From Dimorphilus gyrociliatus (taxonomy: Eukaryota; Animalia; Annelida): a stretch of 64,000 bases of DNA. Position 1 is the stretch's first letter; every line of letters starts with the position of its first letter. Under the pieces are notes generated by a model, which saw only the letters and a list, made by a program, of their open reading frames with translations, did no database searches and was not told the origin of the DNA. Positions 1 to 11,818 of the stretch are shown in pieces. Location: the NCBI GenBank assembly GCA_904063045.1, contig CAJFCJ010000003.1, positions 2,404,504 through 2,468,503 on the forward strand. Direction: 5' to 3'. A program made the translations under genes and the position numbers.

Positions 1-966
1 CCGATTAATTATATAAAAAATCGATTTTCTGCAAATACAATTCCGTTTCCAATAAATTATCCAACTAACTACTGTGAGTATAATTTTGGAAAATTTATAA
101 AAAGTACTTTTAACGTTATTTCACTTTTTTTGTTGTTACAAACTAAGATTATAGTATGGATTAAATGCTTTTTTTAAAAAAAAGTCAAAAAGTATTAACC
201 CTTTAAGGCGTTTTATTAGCTTTTCTTCTGTTATTAATCGGCGAGATAAGTCTTATATAATTCGACAAGAATGTTAAATATTCAATCTAAGAGATAAGAC
301 TGACTTATTTCTTACGTCCAGTCCCTGTGGGAAACGTTTTTGATAGATCCCTGGGCTCTTGGTTCGGACCTTTGTTCCTATCGTTTTTTAGCATTCACTA
401 TGTACCTTATTAAGCATATGGCGACTTAATCTTACTCCCCACCGTTTATCACCTCATCAAATATCTTTGGTAGAACAGGTAGTACGATAATGAAATATTT
501 TATTACCTCAAAATTCGACGCTTTAGACGTTTATCTGAGTTTTAAAAATCTCATAACATTTGTTAATTTACTGAAAATCCCTTTATTTGATGTAAATCTG
601 TGTCAACTTTCAGAAACAAATTAGCTAACACTTCAACAACTATCGTCTTCAAAGAGAATTACTCAAATATTCACCTGGTCAACTCTTTACATCAGCCTTT
701 TTGGTTCCATAAAGCTTTCACCACATTCCTTTAATGGTCGATAAGAGACCATCAACACCTTTGAATTGTGTCAAATAATTGTAATTAAGACTACAGGACC
801 ATTAAAATCTGTTTGCAATTTTCTTCGTTCATGTAACTCTATCCTGAACGCTCGATTGACTAATTACTAGCATAACATTCATTAGGAAAACTCTATTTTG
901 ACTCGAAGATTTCTCAATAATAGACTTTGTCCCATTTTGCGAAGATTGTAAAGAAGACTCTCCCCC

Positions 967-986
967 CTCTCTCTCTCTCTCTCTCT
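967..986. repeat. (CT)10 microsatellite
   Basis: Directly read dinucleotide run. Confidence 0.9.
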
Positions 987-1436
987 TAATTCTATCAACA
1001 GTATAATCGCTATTTCTAAGAAATTTTCATCTCTTTCCTAATCCTATTTCCGGTTTAATAATTTAGCATAAAATATTAAATGAATATTATTTTTAATGAT
1101 TTAGAAATGTGCTACTAGGCTAAGAAGTACTTGGTTTTGACTGAGTTTTTTTTTTACATGAATTAACTATGCACATAAATGAATAGTTGCATGCATATAT
1201 AGCACTTTAATGAGTAGAGATCTCTTTATTATCGAAATATTGAATTTTAAGAAGTTTCTTTGTTATTTGGCCTCAAAAAGTAATCGGTCGATATGTAGTG
1301 ACATCTGTTTTTTGAGTATATGAAAAGTTATATATTTTACATGTTTCACGGCTGCGCAGGCTTTTGTGGGATAAAAGTATTTTCGGAATATTTTATATTT
1401 GGATGAAGATAATGTTCTCGTCGTCTTGGTGAAAAG

Positions 1437-1579
1437 CGCCATCTGTAAATGCTAAAAATACGACCGCCATCTGCCTATCTCTTATCAAAACATTTGTTTG
1501 TCATTCGTCTAAACATAGCTCGCGTCAGCACCATGTACGCTTTCCTCCTTTATCTCATTCCGCTACATGAGCGCCATCT
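1437..1579 (-). promoter_or_regulatory. Three CTCF/YY1-like AGATGGCG cores just upstream of the basonuclin start codon
   Basis: CGCCATCT at 1437-1444, 1465-1472 and 1572-1579, all in the same orientation, 165-310 nt upstream of ATG 1744. Factor identity is inferred from resemblance to the CTCF core (xAGRTGGCGC) and the YY1 motif (AANATGGCG). Confidence 0.5.
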
Positions 1580-1708
1580 ATCAACACCGTCGCCGAAAAG
1601 GAAGAACGATACATAATTAAGAGAACAGCGCGCGACGTCACTTGACAAAGCATCACTTCGATGTTCTGTAGACGCCTCTAACTGTCTATCATTTTAAACT
1701 CCGCCTAC

Positions 1709-2054
1709 TTTGTCAAGTTTGTCACCGCCTCGATCACCGTCTCATGGCTTCAACATATCAGGTATGAATTAAGTTCATGATCGGTATGTCGTTTCATGAA
1801 AATCGTGCGTAATGTTTGACAAACAAGATCTCAAGAAATCCGTAGTGATGTTTAAAGTCGCAATGCCGAAGGCGTGTCACGCTATTACTTTTTAACTTTT
1901 CTAGTTAAGCCTAGTTTGTCAAAGGTTCCTATCGATAGGTGGCGCAAAATTTTTGACAAACGCCCTACCCTGCTAAAAATAGTGACAGACGAGCAGCCGA
2001 TGTCCGCCGCACCGTTCGTCGCTTGTTTGCAGGTAAGAGAAATTGTTTGTCAAA
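1709..2054. promoter_or_regulatory. Homotypic cluster of palindromic TTTGWCAAA sites in and around BNC intron 1
   Basis: Exact sites at 1815, 1915, 1952 and 2046; near-matches at 1709 and 1718. GC-richer than the flanks. Confidence 0.5.
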
Positions 2055-5000
2055 ACTTTCTACGTCCAGGAAATTGAGCGTCTTGCGACGTCCAATCAGT
2101 CTAAGGCGTCTTTCAAGCGTCTCCGCAACTTCAAAGGTTTTGATGGTCATTCATGTGCAATAATTCGGCCAGAGAGAAATTGTCACGAAAGTTCTACTGT
2201 ATATAATGTATTTTATATATACCTGTCGTCATTCTACAAAACAGCATACTGCAAACTGTTACAAATTTTTTGCAGTATTCTAGTTTTTCAAGGCATAATA
2301 GCGGCAGATGTGTTTCACCTCTGTCACAGGTGCGTCAACGCTGTGGAATTGCACATTGGTAAAATAATATAAGCGCTAGTCGGACCGCAAAAATACGTCA
2401 GTTAATAAAGCGTCACTTATTCATGGACGACGTTTTTCCGGGCGTCACCCAGCGCAAAAGACGCGCAGTCGAGGTCTATTTACATCTTTTCAGAGATTTC
2501 TTCTAACATTTTTATTCTATTTTCTCTTTGCAGCCAGTCCGTTGTACCGCTATAAATTGCGGTTGTGAGAGGTTCATGGCAAGTAAGTTGACGAAGAATT
2601 GCGACGCCTGTAAACATTCATGGGTTACGCATGGTAAGTAGATTATTAAGGACAAATAACAATGAGCGTGTACAACGTAATTATGTATTCGGATTATCCG
2701 TATAAAAGATGTGCGTGTAATTTGTGTTTGTCACCGAGACGCAACGGCATACCTGAGGAGACTAGAAACTCTAGTTTCTATATATTGGTATTGTTTCTTT
2801 TATCGAAGTGTCCTTTGAAAAGTTTATTATCTTAGCAATACCGTACACTTTTCTGATTGTGTACATCAATATCGCGCGAACTTAACAGAGGTTGCAATGA
2901 CAAACATCGATTTAATAATCAATTAATTTTATGAGGACTCTTCAATGCGGGACAATTTTGTTCTGCTCGAAAATGTCAGCCTAGTATAATTTTAAAAAAC
3001 ACACTCCTTTCTATTACTGTAAAAGTAAATACAGTACGAGATTAGGGCAAACTGGCGACCATTTACAATTTCAAATCTGTTTTTGAAAGGAGAATGAATA
3101 TAACTAAAAGGTCTCAATTAATTAATAAATATAATTTTACTATGAAATATTTATGATAATGATATCTTAAGAGGAAAAAATGATGCTTCTCTTCTTGGTT
3201 CTAGTTGGTTTTATTTTTTACAGTTTTGCAAATACTATCTCTTTCGTTTTCTTTGTTTGTGTAAAAATAATAAATAGGGCCTAAGGTAGTTCGTCACCTT
3301 AAGAAGATTAGTAATGTGAAAAATTTTGTGATTAAAAGGAATTAAGGATTAACAAGCTGATATAAAAAGGCAGTCAAAAAGCGCGCAAAATATGCTAGAG
3401 AGCGTTCAATAGCTTCGCGTCAAACTCAAGCCGAGTTTGTCAAAGCGTCGCTACCACCTACCACTAACAACTCATTAGTCATAAAAGGGTGTGTTAATTA
3501 GCCCTAATATTAATAACTCGTGTGCAGACCGGTAAAAATTAAGCGACGCGCGAAATCGAAGCGCGTCACTTCAAAGACGCCTATAGACGTCTCTATGGCA
3601 ACTCGTCCAATATCTTCATTGTGGCGCGTGTCCACTTCCTGTCCAGCTCGCTTCCGGTTCACTATAGAAAAACGCTTTGGTGCTACAATTTAATTAGCGA
3701 TGCTATCTGTTTGACAAAGACTGTTAGTCTAACTTCTATATTTGTTCCGAACAGCAGATGGCGTTGAGTTGGATGAACCATATAATTTCTTTTCTTTAAT
3801 CTACTTGATTCTACAGGCACAAGAAACTTTTATCTATTTTAATGCATACATTTATGCTAGAATGTTCCAGTGCTAACTTCTAAAGAGTTGTAATGTCTTT
3901 CATCTTGGTTCATGTTTTACTAACAATACCTTTAAAACTAATACATATGCAACTTTTAATTGGTTTAGGCATAAAGTATTGGTTCTTACAAAACCTAATC
4001 AACTATCTTATCTTTTTTTTTAAAGCAATCGAGAAATTGCGATCTGGAGAGACGGTCGCTTTCGATGGCGCAGCTCTTCTTTTATACGGCGTCACTGCTA
4101 TTCCTGTAAGGCTTAAGATTTTACTGGACAGGCTACTTTCTACTTTTAAACGGCATGAAATGCTAGGAATTTTAGCTGCTTTCGGTTGGACTTTAGAAGA
4201 TTATAACCGAGGCTATATAATGCAGGTTGGTTTCTTTTCCTTCGTTAATAAATCTGTAATTCATTGTGTGCCATCGATGGATTGCTAACTAAACCTATTT
4301 ACTTTTATATAATTCATCTATAATTATATAACATTTGAAAGACGAAGTCGATACAACGCGTTTAGAGTTACTTGAAAAGACACTCTCTTAGCTTTTCATA
4401 AAATGACATAATTTTCTTACTTTGTTTGCTCGTAAAAAGCGCGTTTGTCTTCCGCTTATCGGTGACGTCAATAGTTTGAAAGGGTACAAAAGTTTTATTT
4501 GTGTGACGTCGTTCTGGCACGAGATAACACACCATTTTAGCAAATGTGGAAATCAGTTAGAAAACAACGGTGCCCAAAGCAAATAAATAAAGAAATTCCC
4601 GCTTTCCTTCACTAACCCCCGACGGCTTTATTACAAGCCAAGTCACGTGAGTGAACCCTGTAAATACAAAGTAGGTGAAGAGGAGCAAAAACCAAGAAAG
4701 AGGTGAGGGAAAGAATTGGAAACGAGAGAGAGAGAGAGAGAGAGAAGTTAAAGAGCGTTAAAAATCCCGCGGCTAAATTAAGAGCCCTTCTTCCCTTTTG
4801 TGCCGGGCACTTGTCGAAGCGTCTCTCGACCGTTCCGGTTCGTATCGACGCCTCTTTTTTTGTTGTCGCTCGCTTAATTGACGAAAGTGACGCCGTCAAA
4901 GCGGCTCAGTCTCCGAACAATATCGACCGTTTATCGGAAAAATCGCCTAATCAATAATCGGCGACAGTGATTCGGTTACAAGTCTTACAACTGGAATTAT

Positions 5001-6322
5001 CACGTGACTGGCGTCGATTTCGTAATTATGATGCACGCGAAGAGACATTTCTTCGCCAACCTCTGTGCTCAAAGAGTCTATGCTAAAACAATTGATTAGA
5101 GTCACAAAGCCAGCAGGAAGTCCTCGTATCGATCTGATGTCCGACCGTCCCGCGACGCTCGTCTTTACTTAGCGAATTAGTTGGAGATTATATATGAATG
5201 AAGTATAGAAGTGCTGTAATAAGAAATGAGCAAATTGCACAGGGATTTTTAGTCGCCTCCTGTTCCTGAAAATACAAACAAAAGTCTGCTGTTTAGCTCT
5301 TAAATATTCCCTTGAGTTTAAGAGATAAAGTGGTGAAAAGTACTCATTAAGTTATAATTAACAGATTTACAAAACTTACCGTTGTTTCAAATTACAATGT
5401 AAAGAGTAAATAGCCACTTAATAATCTGCTTTTATCTTCTAAATTCAATATAGTATAAGATCACTTACTAACCGAATGAGAATATTCCGATTCCTTTTAA
5501 CTGGTCTTCTCAAGCACCCAAGATCTGATAAAGATTATCACAATTTCGCGGATTATCGCCCTTGAAAATCCCTCAGAAAGCTTTCCCTTAAAGTATAATT
5601 AATGGGTTTTTCTCTCTTTTGATTGACAGGATCAAGTGGGCCGAGTAGTAGAGTCTTGGACTATGGTCACTCGGGATGAAGAAAACCTAATTCTTCAACA
5701 ATTTTTAAAGATGCCGGAATTTCGAAGTATAGCACAAGACCTCTTAGAGCAAGATGTCAGGGACTCTCTAACGCCTCAAGCATCTCCAAAGAAAGCTGCC
5801 GAAGAAGAGCCACTTATGCCGACTGTCTTCGATCCCAGATTAATCGCCTATCCCCTCCTGTCTCCGAGATTTCTACCTTTTGGTCAACCAAACGAAGAGA
5901 AATTAAGATCAAAACTTCCTGAGGTTCTCGACTTATCCGGTAAGAAGTCGCCATCGAACAGCACAACGACCTCGTCCTCCGGGAAAAAACGTGTTTTATG
6001 CACGGCTTGTAATAAGACATTCTGCGATAAAGGCGCTTTGAAAATTCACTACTCAGCCGTTCATCTGAAAGAGATGCATAAATGTACAGTGGAAGGGTGC
6101 AGTATGACCTTTTCTTCAAGAAGGTCTCGCAATAGACACAGCGCCAATCCTAATCCTAAGTTACACTGCCAGAAGAAAAGGGAAATATTGCCTAATTCTA
6201 AAATTTTAAACGACGTAAACATAGCGTCTATTCTGACAACTGAAAAAAGATCGAATAAGAGGAAAGGCGTCCCGACCAAAGTTACTAGGATAGATACCCA
6301 AATTGAACGTTTGACAGCTTGA
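1744..6322 (+). CDS. BNC: Basonuclin/disconnected-family C2H2 zinc-finger transcription factor, about 336 aa
   Basis: join(1744..1761,2534..2633,4026..4225,5630..6322) = 1011 nt; phases 0/1/0 match and all introns are GT-AG. Exon 2 [22 protein letters not shown], exon 3 [32 protein letters not shown] and exon 4 [16 protein letters not shown] match the basonuclin N-terminal domain. The finger pair [22 protein letters not shown] / [28 protein letters not shown] is the disco/BNC signature. Exon 1 (MASTYQ) is the least certain. Confidence 0.93.
3370..3770. promoter_or_regulatory. GC-rich putative enhancer or alternative promoter in BNC intron 2
   Basis: CpG-rich patch with TTTGWCAAA at 3436 and 3710, an E2F-like GCGCGAAA near 3548, CTTCCGG near 3651 and a CTCF-like CAGATGGCG at 3755-3763. 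Confidence 0.4.
4463..5008. promoter_or_regulatory. CRE/E-box cluster in BNC intron 3
   Basis: TGACGTCA at 4463-4470, TGACGTC at 4504, GTCACGTGA at 4642-4650 and TCACGTGAC at 5000-5008, in a GC-richer segment. Confidence 0.4.
4724..4745. repeat. (GA)11 microsatellite
   Basis: Directly read; it produces the ERERE run in spurious ORF 4703..4957. Confidence 0.9.
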
Positions 6323-6407
6323 CTCTCGAAAATGGGTGTCACTTAGCATCACTATATGCACTCGTTTTTTTTGTTTAGTAGTTTTCTATTAATCACTGAA
6401 CAACGAC

Positions 6408-7208
6408 AGATGGCATCACCCGATTTGGAGTTAAAACATATAAAGTAACGTTTTTTTTAATATTTATTACATAAAAGCTTACGATTTGGGTGAAGCAGTT
6501 TTGTTTTTTCTTTTCGTTTCTATTTATTCTTTAACTTATATGTTTCTTTGGAAGGACAAAAAGTTTTAACAGAATACCTGAATGAAGATAATGCACATTT
6601 CGTTATCAATAAGTAGTTCACACTGCAAAAGTCGTCTTCCGTTAAAATTTATTTTTTTCGATATGCAAATTAGGCTGGGAATAAGTGCAAATTGTGAATG
6701 TGTATAAAGAAGCAATAAGAATTATTATTTATTTATATATTTATGTAGCCTAGTAAATTATACTTCTCTTTGGAGGACGTCAAAATCTCCTAGTATATAG
6801 CGTATTTATTTTTAGAAAACTAAGCTCTTATAATTGAATACAGTTCTGCTTGTTAACGCGACAAAACTGCTAAAAATAGATTCGGCATACCCTTTCTAAA
6901 AATAGAACAGTTTGGTTAAAACTATTTTTAGCTTTGTGTGAGATGCTTGCGTTCTAACGTACCAATGCGCACATTGCACCATCCTGGGGCACATACTAAT
7001 GGCCAATATCCTTTAATGTGAATTAATTGCAGATGATAGATCTATCAAATTGCGCCATCTAGTATTTTTATGCAAAATTCTGGATTTATTATCTATTTTT
7101 TTTAAACATAATAAACTACCAGTATAAATTGAAGTACGAGTAGTTAATCAACATCAATTTTTAAATTTACGCTGAAGCTGATAGGGAAGAATTACTGGAA
7201 CGCCATCT
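6408..7208. promoter_or_regulatory. CTCF-like cores downstream of BNC
   Basis: AGATGGCA at 6408 (+), CGCCATCT at 7053 (CTAGATGGCGCA on -) and at 7201 (-). Confidence 0.45.
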
Positions 7209-8652
7209 ATCAGCTCTGATGGTAATAATGGCTAATCGTCTATGACTGATCCGTTAGTCATCGACGTTGAAAAATGTATAGTTCGCGAAACAAGCTAGAA
7301 AAGGAAAAAACATATATTTCATCACTTTTGAAACCAGTTTATGGACTCTCTGAATCATAGACAGTATTCGTAATGAATACAGATATAATTTTATCATTCG
7401 TTCCACTAGAATATACCAAATAGGCCTAATATCCTCTATAATACTAACAGTATACAAATGAAGTTATTATTTTATATTTGAATATTTAGGGTTGTCTCCA
7501 ATTGCATGAATGACCAGTATTACTAGTTTTGCACTAGAAAACTTTAGTTCAATTCTTTTGGACTTTAAGAATGCTATTGTATGAACCTTTCAAAACTGGC
7601 ACAATACTTTAGGAAGCGAATGAAGGAGTTTCTCTCTTTCTTTTCATTTTTGTTTACTTCCCTCCCCCAAACTTCCAACCCCAGTGCTCTCCCCCTCCCC
7701 CTCCCCCCTACTACCGCCCCACTCCTCTATAGCCTACTTAAACTAGAGTAAAATTAAAAATTTCTTGTTTTTTTTTCTTGATCCTCTAACTAAGGATCAA
7801 CTTTCTTATCCAGTTGAAGAGGCTAAGCAATTAATCGTTTTCTTGAAAGTTTTCTCATTTTTTTTTTTGCAATATATATCATTAAATTTTAAGGTATCAG
7901 GTGATTCTATATTCCTCTTTAAGACATTTGAATGGCTTCTTAATAAAAAGTATTTTCTTTTTAAGTAAATATACTGGCTTCACACTTGAAAAAACTTTAT
8001 ACCTTCTATTAGGTTGAGTCCAGAGCTAGTGAATGTATGGAGAATATCAGTAGAAAAACACACGCGTCTAATAAAAAGAGGATTTAAAAAAAAGTTTTCT
8101 TTTTTAAGTCTTAAATTTTGTAAATTATTTGTATTGAGCGGTAGATCAAAGAGTAATAATCAATTCAGCAATTTTACCTTGCCAATGCTATTTGAACAAA
8201 ATTTAAGTTGACAGTGTTTGAGGATATACGAGGAAAATAGAGTTAAATTAGTAATGCTATTATGATTAAAAGAGTATAGATGATTATTGCTTAGTCAATA
8301 TGAAACAGGATATTAAAATCTTTGAACGTTTCAATAGAAAACTTTAAAAAAAAAGTCCTGCTATTTCAGCTGTTGTTAAGACTATTCTCCTTTTACTGAG
8401 AGCATATAGCCTTTTTTTAACATCTGTTTTTAGTATACTTTTGCAGACCTTGTTTGCCTAACACCCAGGTCAATACGAGCTAGCGCTTGCTTTTGTGCTC
8501 CTTCATTTTTTTCAGTTTTTCTTACATTAAAATATTCCAATTGCTTATTTAATATGAATATAGTTGCAGCGGCAGGTGGTGTATATTTCTAATACACTTG
8601 GAAATATCTATATCTACATTAACATATATAAATGTTGACTAATATAGTTATA

Positions 8653-8655
<3 letters not shown>

Positions 8656-8691
<36 letters not shown>
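8656..8691. repeat. (TA)18 microsatellite
   Basis: Directly read. Confidence 0.9.
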
Positions 8692-8692
<1 letters not shown>

Positions 8693-9232
8693 CCTATATC
8701 CAACAGATACTAAATAAAAGGGTGTTAGAAAAAACTACTAACCAAATATAGAAGGTAAATTCGAAGTCTTTGTCAAAAACAACACATTATTTTAATTTAT
8801 ACTATAGAATAACTAAACCTACGAAATTATAGCAAAGTAAAGGCTAAGAATATAGTCAAAAAGAAATGTATACGTTTATTATAATAAAACACTTTTTTCT
8901 TATATATATATATATATATAACAAAATTTTGAAAATTCTTAATATCTCTTATTGGTAATACATTGATAGATAAATTTTCCATTATATATAAATTATCATA
9001 CAATATATTGTATAAACTTATATATATAAATAAATACCATAGATCTAAAATAGAATATCGTATTAGTATACAAATATTACATATCATACACTCCTCATTT
9101 CAGAGCTACTTTTTTAACACTAGTGTAATTTAGCACGTCGACTTTACGAAAGCATAAAAAAATCATTAACAAAAAAGTCAAATACTTTATGAGCATGCTT
9201 TCATATGTAAGAGAAATGTTTAAATAAGGTGT

Positions 9233-11522
9233 CTAAACTACCCGATAATGACTTCTCGGCATTGTTCCATCCATTGGAGTTGAATTTATAACCGATGTTT
9301 TGTGATGACTGTTATTAGGCAGCGTATTTGAGCCTCGATAATTCGAATATTTGGGCGTTGAATTGTAATCGATACTATTCTCCGTTGATCCTCCACTTAA
9401 TTGAATGGGAACGCTTGAGATATCGTCTGAATTTCCCCGGATAGGGCTATCCGTTTCTCTTGGTAGAAAGGGGTCATCTTCGTCTACGCTGGCGTAGCCC
9501 TTTCGAGGCAAGTAGAGCATCAACTCTTCATACATAACATTCCCCTTATTACAATCAGCAACCGGCTCGTCCGGCTTACTAAAATGCCTCCAGGCATGGG
9601 AAGATAATATGATCAATACCGTAAGTAGTAATACTACTACTGTACAAGACAGTAGCATGATAACAGAAGCGACTATGTTTGTTTTACAAACACCATCCGC
9701 CCCGATTTTGTACTCTTTGTGAAATAGTCGGCAATCCAAGGCAGCCATAAATCCAGTATAGGCAACATCTAAATTAGCCAAAGTATTTTCAATTTCTTTA
9801 ACTTCGTTCGAATTAACACTGGGATATTTTTCTTTGATGGAGTTGATTTGAATTTTGGCAGTGTGTAATCCTTTTCTACAAGTTGATCGAAGGTCACTAA
9901 ACTGTTTATTTTCCCAATATTGGCAATTTAGATAGGAGTTTAAAACGTCAACTTGAACGGCTGGAAATTTCCGTGCTAAATAATCCGTAGTGTTACTGCA
10001 AAAATCGGCTGAACCTGTTCCAAAAAAAATATATATAACCTTATCATGATTAATTGATTGATCGCTCTAAGCAAATAAATGAATGGAAAATGAATAAATA
10101 TAACAGATTTAAAAAAGTTTTTATTGGATTTCTGACCTATGGTAAGTGCTAATTGAAGTCCGATAAACATCCATGAGAGAACCAAAGTAAAAGTGCCCGT
10201 GGCACAGAAAATTAGTAGAATGCATTTCGAGGCTTTACCAATTCCAATTAACAGGATTAAGCATAAAGCTACTGTCCATGACAAGAGGCACAAGCTCACT
10301 AGCCATCTGTAGAAACTTCCTTGTTCGGCAAAGTATTTCATTGTGTCGGTTTTCACGTTTTTGAAGCGATCGTTAACTTGTTCAATTTTAACAGCACATT
10401 TCGAAACTGATTCAATTAATTTTCTTGTAATAGCTTTAGACCTCTGAGCTTGAGATCCCCTCATTTGTGAATTTATTTGATTCTGTAGCATGTCCAAATT
10501 TTCTCTAAGAGTTTTACTCTTCTTCTGAAAGTCGCTGCTGTCATAGTTTAGATCACTCATTATTCGTCCTGCTCCATTTATAGACTGACAGAAGTCTTTT
10601 AAACCTTTTAACAGATTTTCCAATCATCATTTATATTCTTATAATTATTTTAATGATAGCAAGCTATTAAGAATTCATGCCTTTTTTCTCTATAGATAAC
10701 CATCGTGCTCAATTAAGAAGATAATTAACATAATACAATAGCACAATTAGGAGAGAGAGCTACGTCTGCGGCAGTTGAGCCGGTTATCTATACAGAATCA
10801 ACAGGGATATCATTTTTCTGTAGTTTATAATAAAGTGTTAAATAAATAAGCTACAATCTAGACCTATTGGGAGTAGAATGCAGCATGAAAGTACTGAAAG
10901 AATTCGATCTGTTGCCTAACAAAGAAAAACAAAGAAGCCTGTTTTAAACATTTTTTTTGTGTATAAATCTAGGCAATAATTGAAATTTTGAAGTTTTCGT
11001 ACTAATTTATCCTAGGATATTTGTCTATATGTAATACTTGGATATTCACATCTGCTTTGTACGTCAAGACTTAAAATTTAGGTTATGGCATTCTTCTCCA
11101 ATATAAAAGCTTAAATATTTTAACATTATCTCGTAATGATTGGGAAACCTGCCTTTATAGCTATCTTCATTAGCAAACATAGCAAGGCCTACGAGACCAC
11201 AAACCAAAAAAGTAATTATAGCCAATGTCCACCTCAAACAAGATAATTCATTGTTTTTCTTAGGTCTTGAACTCTCTTTTTGGCAACATCTGTAGCAGAA
11301 GTAGATAAGAAAGAGAACTAGAGTTAATACCAAGAGTAAAACAGGCACAGCCGCCCAAAGAACTAAAGATTCTCTGTATTTCGCATTTTCCGGTCTGAAT
11401 GTCGAATCGATAGTCTTCAGCGTTAAGTTAAAATGAGGTAGGTTATGAAAAAATTTAACAAATTCTTTAGAATCCTTGTAGTCGACCATTCTTAGATATT
11501 CAGGAGAAGGCCTATATTCCAT
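9233..11522 (-). CDS. TTYH: Tweety-family (TTYH) membrane protein, about 539 aa
   Basis: complement(join(9233..10014,10137..10604,11153..11522)) = 1620 nt. Motifs: FHNLPHFNL....DSTFRPENAKYRESL, FLIYFCYRCC, FANED, YRWLVSLCLL, SADFC, YLNC, LDCRLFH..Y..G..GVC and five hydrophobic segments. Intron 1 is modelled as GC-AG (AAG/GCAGGT). Confidence 0.92.
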
Positions 11523-11762
11523 AGTAAAACTGCAAATCTAGCCGGCCATGCCCTGTCATTATCATAAATCGACACTTACTAGAGTTATTATCAGCATACA
11601 TACCGATAGCGTTTCAGCGATTTTTTTAAGAGTCTCAAGGATGAAATATATCCGTAAATTTACCTTTATCAGAGCAGTGATTTCTTGTTAAGTAAATTTT
11701 GGAGTTAATTGATGCAGTAGGCCTGAATCATGCGGAATAATTCACTTCTGTCCCCCCTTTTC

Positions 11763-11818
11763 ATTGGTTACTGCTAAATATCGACCAATAGCGTTCTTTG
11801 TTATTTTCGGTCACGTGA
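11763..11818. promoter_or_regulatory. Tweety proximal promoter elements
   Basis: ATTGG at 11763, CCAAT at 11785 and GTCACGTGA at 11810-11818, about 240-300 nt upstream of the ATG. Confidence 0.4.

Noticed and set aside
1874-2372. ORFs 1874..2077, 1965..2150 and 2043..2372
   Set aside because: They lie in BNC intron 1, a GC-richer regulatory patch; no splice-consistent role and no recognisable protein.
4612-4957. ORFs 4612..4899 and 4703..4957
   Set aside because: BNC intron 3; driven by the (GA)n repeat and local GC content.
5814-6342. Antisense or alternate-frame ORFs inside real genes (also 13508..13798, 14721..14969, 21355..21670, 26683..27024, 27458..27688, 32470..33475, 43782..44048, 48303..48690, 56559..56807, 61003..61275)
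   Set aside because: Shadows of genuine coding exons.
7254-9087. Short AT-rich ORFs between BNC and tweety (similarly 17207..18176, 36085..36294, 37920..38132, 45361..45618, 52455..52649)
   Set aside because: F/L/I/K/Y-biased low-complexity translations of AT-rich or microsatellite DNA, with no splice support.
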